This document shows, in pieces, positions 63,436-64,000 of a stretch of 64,000 nucleotides of DNA. A program made the translations under genes and the position numbers. The notes under the pieces were generated by a model. That model had not been told where the DNA came from. It made no database searches and saw only the letters and a program-made list of their open reading frames with translations. How positions within the stretch are numbered: position 1 is the first letter of the stretch; each line of letters begins with the position of its first letter. This DNA is from Minisyncoccia bacterium (GTDB taxonomy: Bacteria; Patescibacteriota; Minisyncoccia; UBA6257; 2-01-FULL-56-20): contig JBEKML010000001.1 in NCBI GenBank assembly GCA_050008535.1, forward strand, positions 130,246 through 194,245, in the 5' to 3' direction.

Positions 63436-64000
63436 GGGAGTGTTGCAAAAACTGGCGCGGCTTATTTTTCTTCTGAAGATTCGGAGGGCCGAACACAAGA
63501 TCGGTTATAAATTGGTTTTTCATGATATTCCGCCTTGCTATATCAACGGATGGGTGAGTTGGGACATGACGGGGACGTTTAAAAGATTTGGGCTGGACAT
63601 TGAGGCTGGTGCCAACTATTGGACCATGGGGAAGATCGTTCGTGGCGATTCCTCCCGCTACGATCGGAACGCCACCGAATATGAATCCTGGCTCGGCGGA
63701 TATGTGGTAAGGCTCGCTGCCGGGCAAACCTGGACCGTAGAAGATCACTTTAAACTGGCGATTGCGGACCAAAACAGTTGGTTAAAAACATATGGCGATC
63801 CGAATCCAACGACGGACAGTTTGGGTCGGAGATTCACGACAGTAGAAACGATCCGCAGCGGTAACTATCCTGGAACTATTTATGAATGGGATTGCGCGAC
63901 GGACAGCGATGTGGGCAACCGCGACAATACATTACGGCTTCGCCTTGAGTCCATCGTGATGGCCGCCCTGTTCAACTTTTCCAATCCAAGCTTGCATTTA
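63428..64000 (+). CDS. hypothetical protein, 3'-truncated by the window edge
   Basis: ATG 63428 overlaps the GDPD stop; frame MIEGVLQKLAR... stays open to the window end by manual translation. Confidence 0.65.
   Translation, partial: MIEGVLQKLARLIFLLKIRRAEHKIGYKLVFHDIPPCYINGWVSWDMTGTFKRFGLDIEAGANYWTMGKIVRGDSSRYDRNATEYESWLGGYVVRLAAGQTWTVEDHFKLAIADQNSWLKTYGDPNPTTDSLGRRFTTVETIRSGNYPGTIYEWDCATDSDVGNRDNTLRLRLESIVMAALFNFSNPSLHL

Noticed and set aside
1-64000. Alternative genetic code (TGA = Gly)
   Set aside because: Conserved genes such as rpmH, pcrA and rsmA end at TGA at expected lengths, and no core gene is interrupted.

Overview
Chromosomal, origin-proximal window from a small-genome bacterium. 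Gene content and gene forms point to Patescibacteria/CPR, Parcubacteria-like (inference). TGA is used as stop, so code 11. Core content is rpmH-rnpA-yidC...jag divergent from dnaA-dnaN with a probable bipartite oriC, plus ftsH, tyrS, clpP, hppA, nusA, yraN, dksA-like, comM, pcrA, rsmA, a class A PBP, ruvABC, yebC, pilB, pyrG, holA, rpsT, a MurE-like ligase and four tRNAs (His-GUG, Ile-UAU, Gly-UCC, Arg-CCG). A 10-gene T4SS-like cluster (VirB6-like, PrgI, VirB4, pilin) has no relaxase or coupling protein in the window. Best leads: (1) an unannotated ~165-nt highly structured minus-strand RNA between pilB and ruvB with its own sigma70 promoter; (2) a near-identical promoter 8 kb away driving an unannotated 42-aa membrane peptide upstream of ruvA; (3) two large mosaic secreted paralogues inserted between yidC and jag that share shuffled modules; (4) a pair of variant parS-like 16-mers plus a second repeat family between yraN and dksA; (5) tRNA-Ile with a UAU anticodon. 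All family assignments come from motif recognition by eye; no database searches were run.
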